A stretch of DNA of 64,000 nt, from contig NC_092354.1 in NCBI RefSeq assembly GCF_963676685.1, positions 63,364,001 to 63,428,000 of the forward strand. Direction: 5' to 3'. Below the pieces are notes generated by a model that did not search any database, was not told the origin of the DNA, and was given only the letters and a program-made list of their open reading frames with translations. Position numbers and translations under genes: made by a program. The stretch comes from Mytilus edulis. Taxonomy: Eukaryota. Every line of letters starts with the position of its first letter. The first letter of the stretch is position 1. Shown in pieces: positions 41,746 to 52,903 of this stretch.

Positions 41746-42876
41746 TAAATGAATTAAACTATTGCTGATTGTGGCTGCATAGTTCAAGGATGTATAACTA
41801 ACAAGGCCGCGTATACACCTAACATCAAATATACTTCTTTTCAAAAATATACATAATATGATTGAATTTGATCTCGGAATATATATATATATATATATTC
41901 AGTGCCTGTTATCATTGTAACCGAGATCGTTTTTATAATAGATAGATTGTCAGATCACAGATAAATGAGTCATAAATTTGTGTTACGTTCTGTGCGTACT
42001 TATTTTCAATTATTTGTGTTTAATCCTGTTCATAAAACGGAAGTATTAATTTTCAAATTACTTTATTTTCGATGTTTGTACTACGAAACAAAGATATTAA
42101 AAATAATTTTTTTTAAATCAACGAAGAGCGGTCCTGGTTACAAGTTAACTTAGTGTTGACCAGACCAGTCAAAAGTTAACTTGGGAACAGGTCTGGTTTT
42201 GATCGGATTTGTTCAAGCAGAAGTTAACTTTGTGGCAGGACCGGTTTCCAAGTTAACTTATGTTAACTTTATGACAGGACTGGTTCCGAAGTTAACTTAT
42301 GTTAACTTATGACAGGACTGGTTCGAAGTTAACTTATATCAATAGCGGACCTGTTTCTAAGTTAACTTTTTGGCAGACATAAAAACAGTCCTGGGTCCAA
42401 GTCCGCTTTTCAAGTTAACTAGATTTTGGTCCTAGGACTGGTCAGAGCAGTCCTATATTCGGTCACAGGTTAACTTTGACCAGTCCAAATGACTGGTTAT
42501 CAAGTTAACTTGCTGTACAGGTTAGGAGTGCACCCATCTGTAGGTGCTATCATGCCTATGTTCGTTTTGAACATGCAGTTAGTAGAGAGCTTTTCTATTT
42601 TGAGACATCACTTAAGATAAAGGCCCACAACGCAAGCAAATATCTTTTGTTATGGGTTTTCCGTTTTGACAGATGCAACTTCAAACACCTGTATTGTCTG
42701 TACATAAATATTGATACGAAACGAGTGGTAAATTTTCCTTTGGAACAATATATGCCAGCAATAAGTAGGAATATGTATTACTCTTATATGACTTGAGTAA
42801 ACTGGTGTTGAACCTCGGTAACTACATGTAATCACTGATTTCTTACAAGCTCTCTTTTTTTTCCCCTATACATTGA

Positions 42877-43135
42877 GGAGGTCTCAGTGACTAAGTGGTC
42901 TACTACTGTAATCACTAGCCAATCAACACTGATGTGTGAGTTTGAACCTGGCTCGTGCAGGTGCACTCGACTCCAATCTTAATTGATTCTGATTGTCAGT
43001 TTTCCTATAGAAGGTCGGTGGGTTTCTATGGGCACTCCGGCTTCCTCTTACAATAAAAACTAGCCGCCACGAAACAGCCCGAATTTTGCGCTTAAAAATG
43101 ACGTAAAAAACACAACCAATCAATCAATCAATCAA
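42877..43135 (+). mobile_element. SINE (tRNA-like head, conserved central domain, (CAAT)n tail)
   Basis: A/B-box-like head (tcagtgactaagtggtc; gagtttgaacc), central ggtcggtgg.tttct..gggcactccggcttcctc...aataaaaactagccgccacga, tail caatcaatcaatcaatc. A related 3' fragment lies at about 62575-62632. Confidence 0.7.
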
Positions 43136-43494
43136 CCTATACATTGAAAGTAAAGACCAAAATAGAATGAAACAAATGCAAGCTCAACATATTTTAGATT
43201 AGTTGTAGCCTCAACAAGTTCATGTCCATTTCAAAAGTGTTTTATGTGTCATACCTTAACATTTTATTGATAGTTTTAGGCAGATTTTTCATGGTTCCTG
43301 TTAAACTTTGTGACACCTTTTCCAACACTGGATGATTTTGAGCTTGACATATTTTGAAACATCTATCCATTGTTGGAGACTGTTATGTTGACATCTGAAT
43401 GTATTTTGCTTATCTCTGTTTCCGAGTTGCTTTTGGCGTTTACCTAACATTTAATTTGGTTTAAGATATATAAAAATACCAACAAATAAAGATG

Positions 43495-43702
43495 TATTTG
43501 AATAGAGTATTTATGTTGATTTTTTGTTACATTAGATAAAATATGAATGCAAATAAACGAGTATAATCCTTTCACATGGTAAAGTGTCGATAGTCCGGAA
43601 CCTGGTTAGTGTTTGTACCACAATTTTCAAGATTTCTACCATTCCAAAATCCATCGCTACCGCCATTCCCACCGTTTCCCCAAATTCCACCTTTCCAAAC
43701 AC
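43495..43702 (-). pseudogene. Partial duplicate of the 3' end and 3'UTR of the K1 terminal exon
   Basis: Reads VWKGGIWGNGGNGGSDGFWNGRNLENCGTNTNQVPDYRHFTM*. Its 3' flank duplicates 43755-43860. There is no in-frame acceptor. Confidence 0.7.
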
Positions 43703-43896
43703 TTTATTTGTTTATTAGGTATCTAAAAACACCAACACATAAAGACGCATATGGATAGATGTATTTATATTTTTTTTACATTAAATAATATATACAAGTA
43801 AATGCAAATAAACGAGTATAATCCTGTCACATGTTCAAGTGTCATTAGTCTGGAACCTGTTCAGTGATTATACCATGATTTTCACGGTTTCCTCTA

Positions 43897-45873
43897 TCAC
43901 CCATTAAAATTTCTACCATTCCAAAATACACTGCCTCCGCCATTTCCGCCATTCCCACCATTCCAAACACCACCGCTTCCACCATTTCCACCATTCCAAC
44001 TGCTTCCACCATTCCCACCAACCCAAACGCCACCGCTTCCTCCATTTCCACCAGATGGTTGCCATGTTGAAGTTCTTGTGTTCCAACCTCCCGTTCCACC
44101 ACTATTCCCTTGATGACAACCTAAATATAAAAGATATATGGTCTAGTGCTTTCAACAAGTTTAATCCATTGAACAGAGCGTTAACATTTTTAAATTATAT
44201 TAGATTCAACATGCCAAAGAGTTTCAAAAAACTAAACAATTTCAACTGTAATTTATTATAGGTCAAATGCATTTTTATAATAAACAATATTCACTTTTAA
44301 GGAAATTAATCGATATGAGATTGTGTTGATCTTTCAAAACATGTTGTGATAAACCTTTGAATGGTAGGAAGTTCTTTCTACAATACTGGTACCTTGTGAA
44401 TCACATGTGAAATATATTGTTAAAGATATTGTCGGCATAAGTGTGTAGATACACTTATCCATAACATTTGCATTCATTTAAGTACAATATTGTAGATTAT
44501 GAAATTGTTATGTCAACTTTCCCACGTATTTCGTGACAACAGAAGGTAAAACCAAAGTAAGGAATTGGCCGTTGTAGAATCTAAAGCATCATGGGTAATT
44601 TCATTGTTCGTACCTCAAAATGAAAATAACGTCACGTCATTGGTTAAATTTCCATTGTTTATGAAATGTTTAACCAATCAGGACGTTTTGGTGTACACTT
44701 TTGAAAATATTACCCAGAATGCATTAGATTCTGAAACGGTTTTGATATAAAACTTTTACTCACATATGTCACTACATTCTCTGAAAGTTTTGAAACGATT
44801 TGCGTTTCCCTTACAACCTTTGTAGTGAAATTCCTCACACCGTCCGGTTGCCGTGTTATAGTAGAAACGTCTTAACCAGGAGGAACACTGTCCTGAATCT
44901 GGTGGTAAGTTACAACTTTGTTTAGGTGTTGGTCCTGGAAAAAAACAATAACATATGGTGGTAAGGTACAATTAGATTAAGGTTTTGTTCCTGGAAAAAT
45001 ATAAAATCTGAAAGTAAAGTATGGTGGTAAGGTACAATTAGGGTCAAGTTTTGTTCCTGGAAAAAATATAAAATCTGAAGGTAAAGTACAATTAGGGTCA
45101 GGTTTTGTTCCTGGGAAAACATAAAATCTGAAAGTAAGGTACAATTAGGGTCAGCTTTTGTTCCTTGAAAAACATAAAATCTGAAAGTAAAGTATGGTGG
45201 TAAGGTACAATTAGGGTCAAGTTTTTTTCTGGAAAAAATATAAAATCTGAAGGTAAAGTACAATTAGGATCAGGTTTTGTTCCTGGGAAAACATAAAATC
45301 TGAAGGTAAGGTACAATTGAGGTCAGGTTTTGTTCCTGGAAAAACATAAAATCTGAAGATAAGGTACAATTAGGGTCAGGTTTTGTTCCTGGAAAAACAT
45401 AATAGCTGGTGGTTAGGTACAATTAAGTAAACAATTGGTCCTAGAAAAACATAATAGCTGTCATATTTTATTGTGAAAGTAATCTATTCCCCCTTAATAT
45501 GCAATAGCCACAACAGATATGAGATATCATTTTTTTTTCTAATTATAAGCTTTATAAAATATAGTACCCATAGAGTATAAAATAATCAAATGTATGTGTA
45601 TTAAAAGACAGCTAAATATAGTCACATTCAAGCCTAATTAACGTGCAAACTATTTAAACTTTAAAACAAACACAACCTAAAATGCAAAATCAATGAGTGG
45701 AACATTTTAAAGTAAATTAGCAGTCTTAGGATAATCATATAAATATAGTATAAAACTTGTAAAAAAAAAGGTGAACAAAATAACTATTTTTTATAATTGA
45801 TATACTTACGCCTATTCCAAGTTCCAGATACTGCTACAATCAGACAGGCGACTAGGATGATATAAAGCTTCAT
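43897..45873 (-). CDS. Secreted Kunitz/BPTI-domain plus Gly/Asn/Trp-rich protein K1, 152 aa; exons 45810-45873, 44764-44934, 43897-44120
   Basis: TATAAAA at 45913-45919. MKLYIILVACLIVAVSGTWNR C|gtaagt; ttttccag|GA, RPTPKQSCNLPPDSGQCSSWLRRFYYNTATGRCEEFHYKGCKGNANRFKTFRECSDI T|gtgagt; tatttag|GT, CCHQGNSGGTGGWNTRTSTWQPSGGNGGSGGVWVGGNGGSSWNGG...FWNGRNFNG*. All introns are phase 1. Confidence 0.88.
44764..44934 (-). CDS. Kunitz-domain exon of K1
   Basis: Canonical C-x8-C-x15-C-x7-C-x12-C-x3-C spacing, with FYYN and YKGCKGNANRF motifs. P1 is Ser by alignment to BPTI. Confidence 0.93.
44935..45460 (-). repeat. Intronic minisatellite (52-66 bp, about 9 extra units) built from a splice acceptor plus the Kunitz exon start
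   Basis: Unit ttttccag|GA ACA AAA CCT GAC CCT AAT TGT ACC TTA (CCA CCA) resembles the true exon start GA CCA ACA CCT AAA CAA AGT TGT AAC TTA CCA CCA. Confidence 0.85.
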
Positions 45874-48800
45874 ATTTCTATAAGCCTCTAAATTGAAAGA
45901 GGGTTTCATGTGTTTTATAGTACGAGTGGATTTGAAATATTACGGATATTGGTAAAGCGACGATATGCGTTTTTGAATTATCTATCTAACATCATGGACA
46001 GATTTCCCCCACTTCAGCTCTGGTTATGACTGTTTCTATTGTACAATAAGACAGAAATGATTGCTGATTGGGTACAGACTTATACAATCTTTTGATACGT
46101 TTACGGAAAAAGGAAACATAAAAAACAAGGTTCAGGGGTTATTTATCACTCTTATTTAAATCAATAGCTCATACTAAAAACTTGATTTAATGTGAAGTGT
46201 TTATATCCACAATTTTAGACAACACATTACCTATGAAGACTGGTATATAATGGGGCAGATGTCAACATTGAAAGATTTATCTCAAAAATTATCATTTAAA
46301 CTATTTTAAAATTAATACGTTAATTCGTGTAAAATTATCTAAAATGTATCATTATGCATGTTATGTGATCATGGTTGTTTCAATGTGTATATTTGTCAAT
46401 GAGATTGGGTATGACAGTGTTAATTTGATTTATTTGACGATCTGCACTTTGTGTATTTTACTTAAATCTTAAGGCATAAAAAATCGATCTCTACCAAATA
46501 ATTCCAATTAAACCTATGTAGTAAGCAATAATCCTTGGCGAGGTAAAGACCTCAATATAATTTTGAGATGAAGAACCGTTGATTCTGGTTGTTGAAAGGT
46601 AAAAACTTAATTATAAATTTCCAGTCTTTTATATAAAAAGATATTGACCTACAGATCAATGTTAGGACTTTGGGTACTGTTCAATTTGAAACATCAATGC
46701 AAATAGTTATAAGATTACTTTCCATTTATTACTCTCGAGTAAAAAGAAAGAGAAAATAGTAAGCGGGCAATCAGAAACCGTCAGTCCTAAAAACAATTTA
46801 ACATAACGTTCAAAATAGACACGATGAAAAACAAACAAAAACAAAAAACTATACAAAAAAAAATATTACACAGAAACTTTGTGCAAGGAGTATTGACGAA
46901 GGATTGACAATATACCTAGTCTTTTGATAACAAAGAGACTTGACAATAAACAGTACACGAAAACAACAAGTGTATGCATCCTATAAAGTTCCGCTTGGCG
47001 GTAACGTATAATTAATTAGTATGTAAACATACATATAGTTATGAACCATGTTGTATACTTAAGGCATTAGTAATATACCGCTGTTCAATAGTCATAAATT
47101 GATTTCACTGAAACCAATCGGTGTCACAGATCCGGGTCACAAAATAATTTTGTATAAAAAAAAACAATTGTGTTTCGCAATTAAAGTTGAATTATAATCG
47201 ACAGAATAGCCAATTGCAGATGAAATCATATAAGAAATATTTAATATAACGAATTTGCTGTTGACTACTAAAAATAAGCCTTGTCTGTACCTTGTTGGTG
47301 CACCCGATCTCATTTTAAGGTGGATAAAAACTGAATTTTTGATAATTTGGCACAATGCGAGTAATTACCCCACCCCCTCCCTAACGACAAAATTAAAAAA
47401 AAATTAAAAACCACAAAAAATAAAAAAAATAATAAGAAGCACATTATTAACCGATCACAGATTATATTGTTAGAAAAAGCTACGTTGTATCTTACAAGTA
47501 ATAATAATGTGATAGTTGAAGATGTCATTCGACAATGACAACTGTACATTGACAGGAAAATGTATTATGACAAGCTAAAGACGACATTTTTGTGTTTTGA
47601 GAAATTTTTGGATTAATACATGGCTATATGGAAATAAAATGTAGACTCTTTTATAGATATAGGAAGATGTGGTATGAGTGCCAATAAGACAACTCTCCAT
47701 CGAAGTCACAATCTATAAAAGTAAACCATTATAGGTCTTTTATGTCTATTATCTAGACTATTCAATATTCGAACTCAGAAAGGTTTTAAGAACCTTCGGA
47801 TTTTGAACATGCATGTGTTTTTCCTTTGAGGTATTTAGAGTTCATGGCAAATCTTCGGGAGTCCCTCTTAAATTCATACGTGTACATACACTTTCTAATA
47901 AATAAAAATAACACTTTATATATTTTGTGCGAAAGCTTTTGTGGATTAACCTTCATCATAAAAGCTCAAACCCAGACATTTTAAGGCCCAATATTGTTTT
48001 TTATTTTAGTTCTTTTATATGTTTTAGAGTTATGTATGGCGTCCATTATCACTGAACTAGAACACATTTTTGTTTAGGGGCCAGCTGAAGCACGACTCCG
48101 GGTGCAATATTTTATCCCTGTGTTAAAGACCCATTGATGGCCTTCGGCTATTTTCTGTTTTTTTGGTCGGTTTGTTGTCTCTTTGACACATTCCCCATTT
48201 CCATTCTCAATTTTACAAAAGTGACAAATAATAGTTTATAAGCTTGACATATGTTTTATGTTATCGTTTTGTCGTTACAGAGGCATTAGCTGTCAAATTC
48301 ATGTTCACCAATTTGACTCAAATCATCATATTTGATTTATGACATAATTACACGTTTATCAAAATTACAATAAGTATAAAATAAACCATTAACAAGACAA
48401 AGACTCGATAATAATATAACAGCATTTCGTGTGTATTTCTAAGTCTTGAAGCCATCTAATCAACCACTGAGATTACCTCCGAAGACTGCCGACGGTCATA
48501 TAACCCGTTATGTACATAAATGAAAATTTTAATAGATAGCAACGACGTGCAATTGGATATTTATATGTGTGTTTGGTTTCATGTTAAAGGTTAACAAAAT
48601 AAGTAAATCATCGTTTTTAACAGCGGTATACTACTGTTGCCTTTATTTACCTGTAAAATAATGATTTTTTGCTGATTTAATCAATTAACGAAATGCTTCA
48701 CCCTTGTTTCACTTTCGATATCGACAATCTTTTCTTTTTATTGCTGAACATGCCTAGTATATGCGTAAGCCATTTACAGCTAAGTTCACATAAATAATAT

Positions 48801-49009
48801 TACATGAGGTCGAATTAGTCACTTGCAAGTCAATTGTACATTGAGCTTATGTTGACAAAAATCTAACTGCTTATAACAACATATTATTTCCAAATTCCGT
48901 TGTTATTAACTCGCAAAAAAACGTATTTTGATTTTGTCTCTAAAATGTGATAATGCCTCTCTTTTAAACCCACATTAATAATGACCGTAGACATTGATGG
49001 TTACAAAAG

Positions 49010-49990
49010 AGCGACGGAAGGGACATCCAAACTCATAAGACGAAAATAGACTGACAACGCCATAACAAAATAAAATAAAGGCCCAAAAGACAAACAATAC
49101 ACAAAACTCAAAATAGAAATCTATAGACTGAGCAACACGAACCTCCAACAAAAAACCGGGGTGATATCAGGTGCTCCTAGAGGGTAAGCAGATCCTGCTC
49201 TCCATGTGGCACCCGTCAGTTTTCTTTTATCATGTTAATACAAACCCGGTGATATCTAATTTGGTAGATCACATTCGGGAAAAAAGGACAGAATTGCGGT
49301 TACAGCAATTGGAATATATCCGTCGTCATCTGTGAAACAGATATTCGATAACGGTCAGCCAACTGTTAATGGCGTCCGTTATATTAACACTTCACCACTT
49401 CACCACTTGGAACGCTTGGTCTAATAGCTTTTCTTGTTAGCAGCAACCCTCTATCAAGGGAATCATGATAGGAAAAAAACTAGCCTTGGGATATCGTATC
49501 AACTATGATATACTGTGGATTCATTAATATTCGTGGATTTTCATGGATTTCGTGGGTAAAGGTGAACCACGAATTCAAATGTTTAACGAAATACAAATGT
49601 TATATTGGTTGTATGCCGATTTTGGCAAAACCACGCAATAAAATATCCACAAAAATGCAATATTTACCTAATCCACGATAATTGATACCCACGAAAAAAA
49701 ATGAATCCACAGTATGTACTTTATATGTATGCGCTGCTCGAATGTTGCTACATAGAAATGCAAAGTTCACAATTAGTGAGGTGAAATAATCTATTTTTTC
49801 ATAAAGTTTTGTTTTCAACCGACCCTCAACGTCAATTTCGAAATACAAATCAAGATGTGGGCCAGACTTAATTGCATCTATTGTATCCTTTATTTCAAGG
49901 TTGGTGGGATAGATGCGTTCAGCATAGTAACCAAACTTTGAATTATTTAGGGGAAAGTCAAGTTAAAGGATCATGCTGACTTATTTTCTT
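49010..49990 (-). mobile_element. Decayed Penelope-like retroelement RT fragment
   Basis: Translates to ..FEIDVEGRLKTKLYEKIDYFTSLIVNFAFLCSNIRAAHTY.., a typical Penelope RT C-terminal motif. It contains frameshifts and is interrupted by a MITE. Confidence 0.75.
49513..49712. mobile_element. 200-bp TA-flanked MITE nested in the Penelope fragment
   Basis: ta|ctgtggattcatt ... aatgaatccacag|ta. Confidence 0.8.
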
Positions 49991-50869
49991 TTACCTTTTA
50001 AAAAGATCCTTTATGAAATTATCCTCATTTGAATATAGAAACAGTTCGACCAGAAGAGGAGCACAGTAATTTTTAATGGTAATCTATGCCTTTCGAGGTA
50101 GAAAAGCCGTAGTATTTAAAAAATCTTAATTGTGTAAACAGGTAATTTATAAATATAACCATATCAATAATAATTCATATCAGCCCATAGTATAATATAA
50201 TAGACATGCATATTAAGCAAACAGTTTATAGAATAAAATACAAGCTATCATAAGTAAAGAATAAGAGAGAGATAAAAAAAATAAATAAGAAAGTTGGAAA
50301 AGTCATATAAGTACATGTATGTGATGATGACGTGAGTGTTGATGATGATGACGTGCCGTGTCAGTATAAAAAACGCTTTATGAAGGCACAACAAGGAACA
50401 GGTTTGTTTATGTCAATCAATTAAGCAAGCGACAATCAATCGTTATATTCTTGTATTTTATATTATGTGCAAAATTATTATCCCAGCGGGTTTGAAAATC
50501 ACGGAACGGTTGTATGGGTCATGTTAACGGAAGTCTGTATTACACGTTGCTGCTTGCTACCATTGTTTATGTACTGAATTTGAACTGTCGATTCCTGAGG
50601 TATCACTAGTTTTTTAACCAGTGTATCGATCGGAATATGTAAATGAAATACATATTGTCCTAACTTGGTCTATGATATCGGTGCTGACATTTTTATTGTT
50701 AGTTTAGAATTTTTTTATCAAATGTCCTGCGCCCTTATAGATTTTGTGTGAGATTTCCTGTTCATAAGTTATTACGTTTCTTCTAATTCTTCTTTTATTT
50801 ATACCGGATAACAACCACAATTATTAGACTGAATGTTTTGCCATGACTTCGGTGCGCATACTCCTCCTA

Positions 50870-51290
50870 TAATGTTTAAATTTAGTGCAGCTTTGTCATC
50901 AAGGCTTTGGAAGCCTCGACTGACGGTGCTGGTGCAACCCCTGGAGGGAGATTCTTCCAATCTCTGATGGTTCGTGGAAAGAAAGAATATTTCCGGTAAT
51001 CACTTCATGATGCTGGAATGTGGAAAATTCTGTCATCCATGTTTCTTGGAAGTCAAACGACCATCCCTTGTCACTGCAACTTTCTCTTTAACAATTTTGA
51101 AGAGCATGGTAGGTCTTGCATCTTTTCGCCTTTGTTCCATAGATCTCCATTCCAGGTGATTTAGCATCGTACTAACAGTAGGGTGATTTATATGTTTGTT
51201 CGTTACATATCGTGCTGCTCGTCTCTGGTTCATTTCTTATCGGTCAATCTATGTTTTATTGTTTGGATCTCATAACACACAGCTGACGGT
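50870..51290 (-). mobile_element. 3' fragment of a non-LTR retrotransposon ORF2 (CR1/L2 group)
   Basis: QRRAARYVTN..VSTMLNHLEWRSMEQRRKDAR.MLFKIV, followed downstream by an SFHEP/IRDWKNL-like remnant. Confidence 0.75.
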
Positions 51291-52903
51291 TACAAATTCC
51301 TAACAATGCAAAATCGGCCTTAGCCGATTTGTGTATGATCTTTTTGAGCAACTTTGGCTTGTAACATACATTAGACATGTATTGTCGAAATGCGCATCTG
51401 GTGCAAGAAAATTGGTACCGTTAATTTTATTAAATGCTCTCAAATTGTGGTTATACATTTTGAATACCTATTTATTTGTCTCCAGCATAAAGGTGCATGG
51501 TACTGTACTTGAGCATACAACCATTCCATTAAAGGCAAAAAATGGTTTTATATATCAATAGATATGTTATTCTTCAACGTATTTTTTACAGTTCACACAG
51601 TATATGTGCAGTTTTATGGTCTTTACCATGATGTTACATAAACGTCTGAGTATTTATTCATTTTTAAATTATGGCCCTTTTTTGTCCTAAAGGGGTTTGT
51701 TCATTTTTATAAAATTCCCTTCAAGCGTCACTGAAAAGATTTTATGTGTTGATATTTGTTGAAATCAAATAGTATCAGGTTGAACCTTTCCCGTTCAACT
51801 AGTTATATCCCATTTTTTTCAGATGAAAGCTCACATAATCAGCATAATGACGACCCTTGTTCATGTAGGTGGTAATATACTGTATAGCTTTGAAGGCGTT
51901 GACAATACGACACTCACCCGATAAGTTAGGTATTTATGAAAATAAGAAAATATGGCGGGGTTGCCATTGAGACAACTATTCACAAGAGACCAACATGGCA
52001 TTGTTCCTTTTTTTATTAACTTGATTCTTAACTGCTAGAAACCCCATAGAAACATGAAGGTGCCGTTGTGTATTTTACGTCCTTGAATAAAGGTGTTTCA
52101 TTAGTTTTTTGTCAAGTGCGTTGTGTTGTCTGTTGTTCTTCAAATTTTTGTTTGATTGGATACTTGTCCTTTTCTCTCGTTTCTCCTTTACCGTTTTGTG
52201 TTAGTACCAAACGACGATCATATTAAAACAACAATTAGCAATGTGAGTGGGAGAGATAAGTAATGATGATCATATTTTTATTTTTAGGCGTTTTCATTAA
52301 ACAAAAAGTAGTATTTTGGTAAACATATGGCGGTATTATGTTCCGACTTGCAGTTTTACTTGCAGAAAATGTTCTATACCTAATGAAAATAGTTAAACAT
52401 CTCCCCTTTTTACTATTTGTAGCTAGATTTGGTGGTATCTTTAGAGGTCGTTCGCGCCTTTCGAACATTTGAGTTGTCAACACATTGCTTTTCCAATGAT
52501 AATGCGAATGATATTGCAGGCAGAACGTCTATAGATATTAAGGTGATTGTATTTTAGCACGTGGTCCATATTTGAAAAAAAAATTAAGGTGGATTTGGAT
52601 ATGATGGCCAGTTTATTCTTATATTGTAAAAAGAAAAGCAACTCCGTTCCACAGGCTATAAACGATTGAACGAGAGAGATTAATTCTAACGACGCAAAAA
52701 ATGTTGCATTGATTTAATTCAATAAATTCTTTATTCGACAAAAAGTATACAAATAATGGTAATGAAAATGTTTGGCAGTCAAATTCTCCATCTTAGATAT
52801 GCATATTACATGTTGCATGTTGTTTATACAATTTTTTTTCATCACATGAATTCTTAAGAAATACTAGTAGACGAGAATGTGATATTAAGCGTCAAGGCCA
52901 TAA

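Larger units (their letters stand above)
37009..42540. mobile_element. 5.5-kb non-coding TIR element with TA TSD (Tc1/mariner-like ends) carrying tandem arrays
   Basis: ta|cagatgggtgcggtcctaacct ... aggttaggagtgcacccatctg|ta. Subterminal aagttaactt palindromes at both ends. No transposase ORF. Confidence 0.85.
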
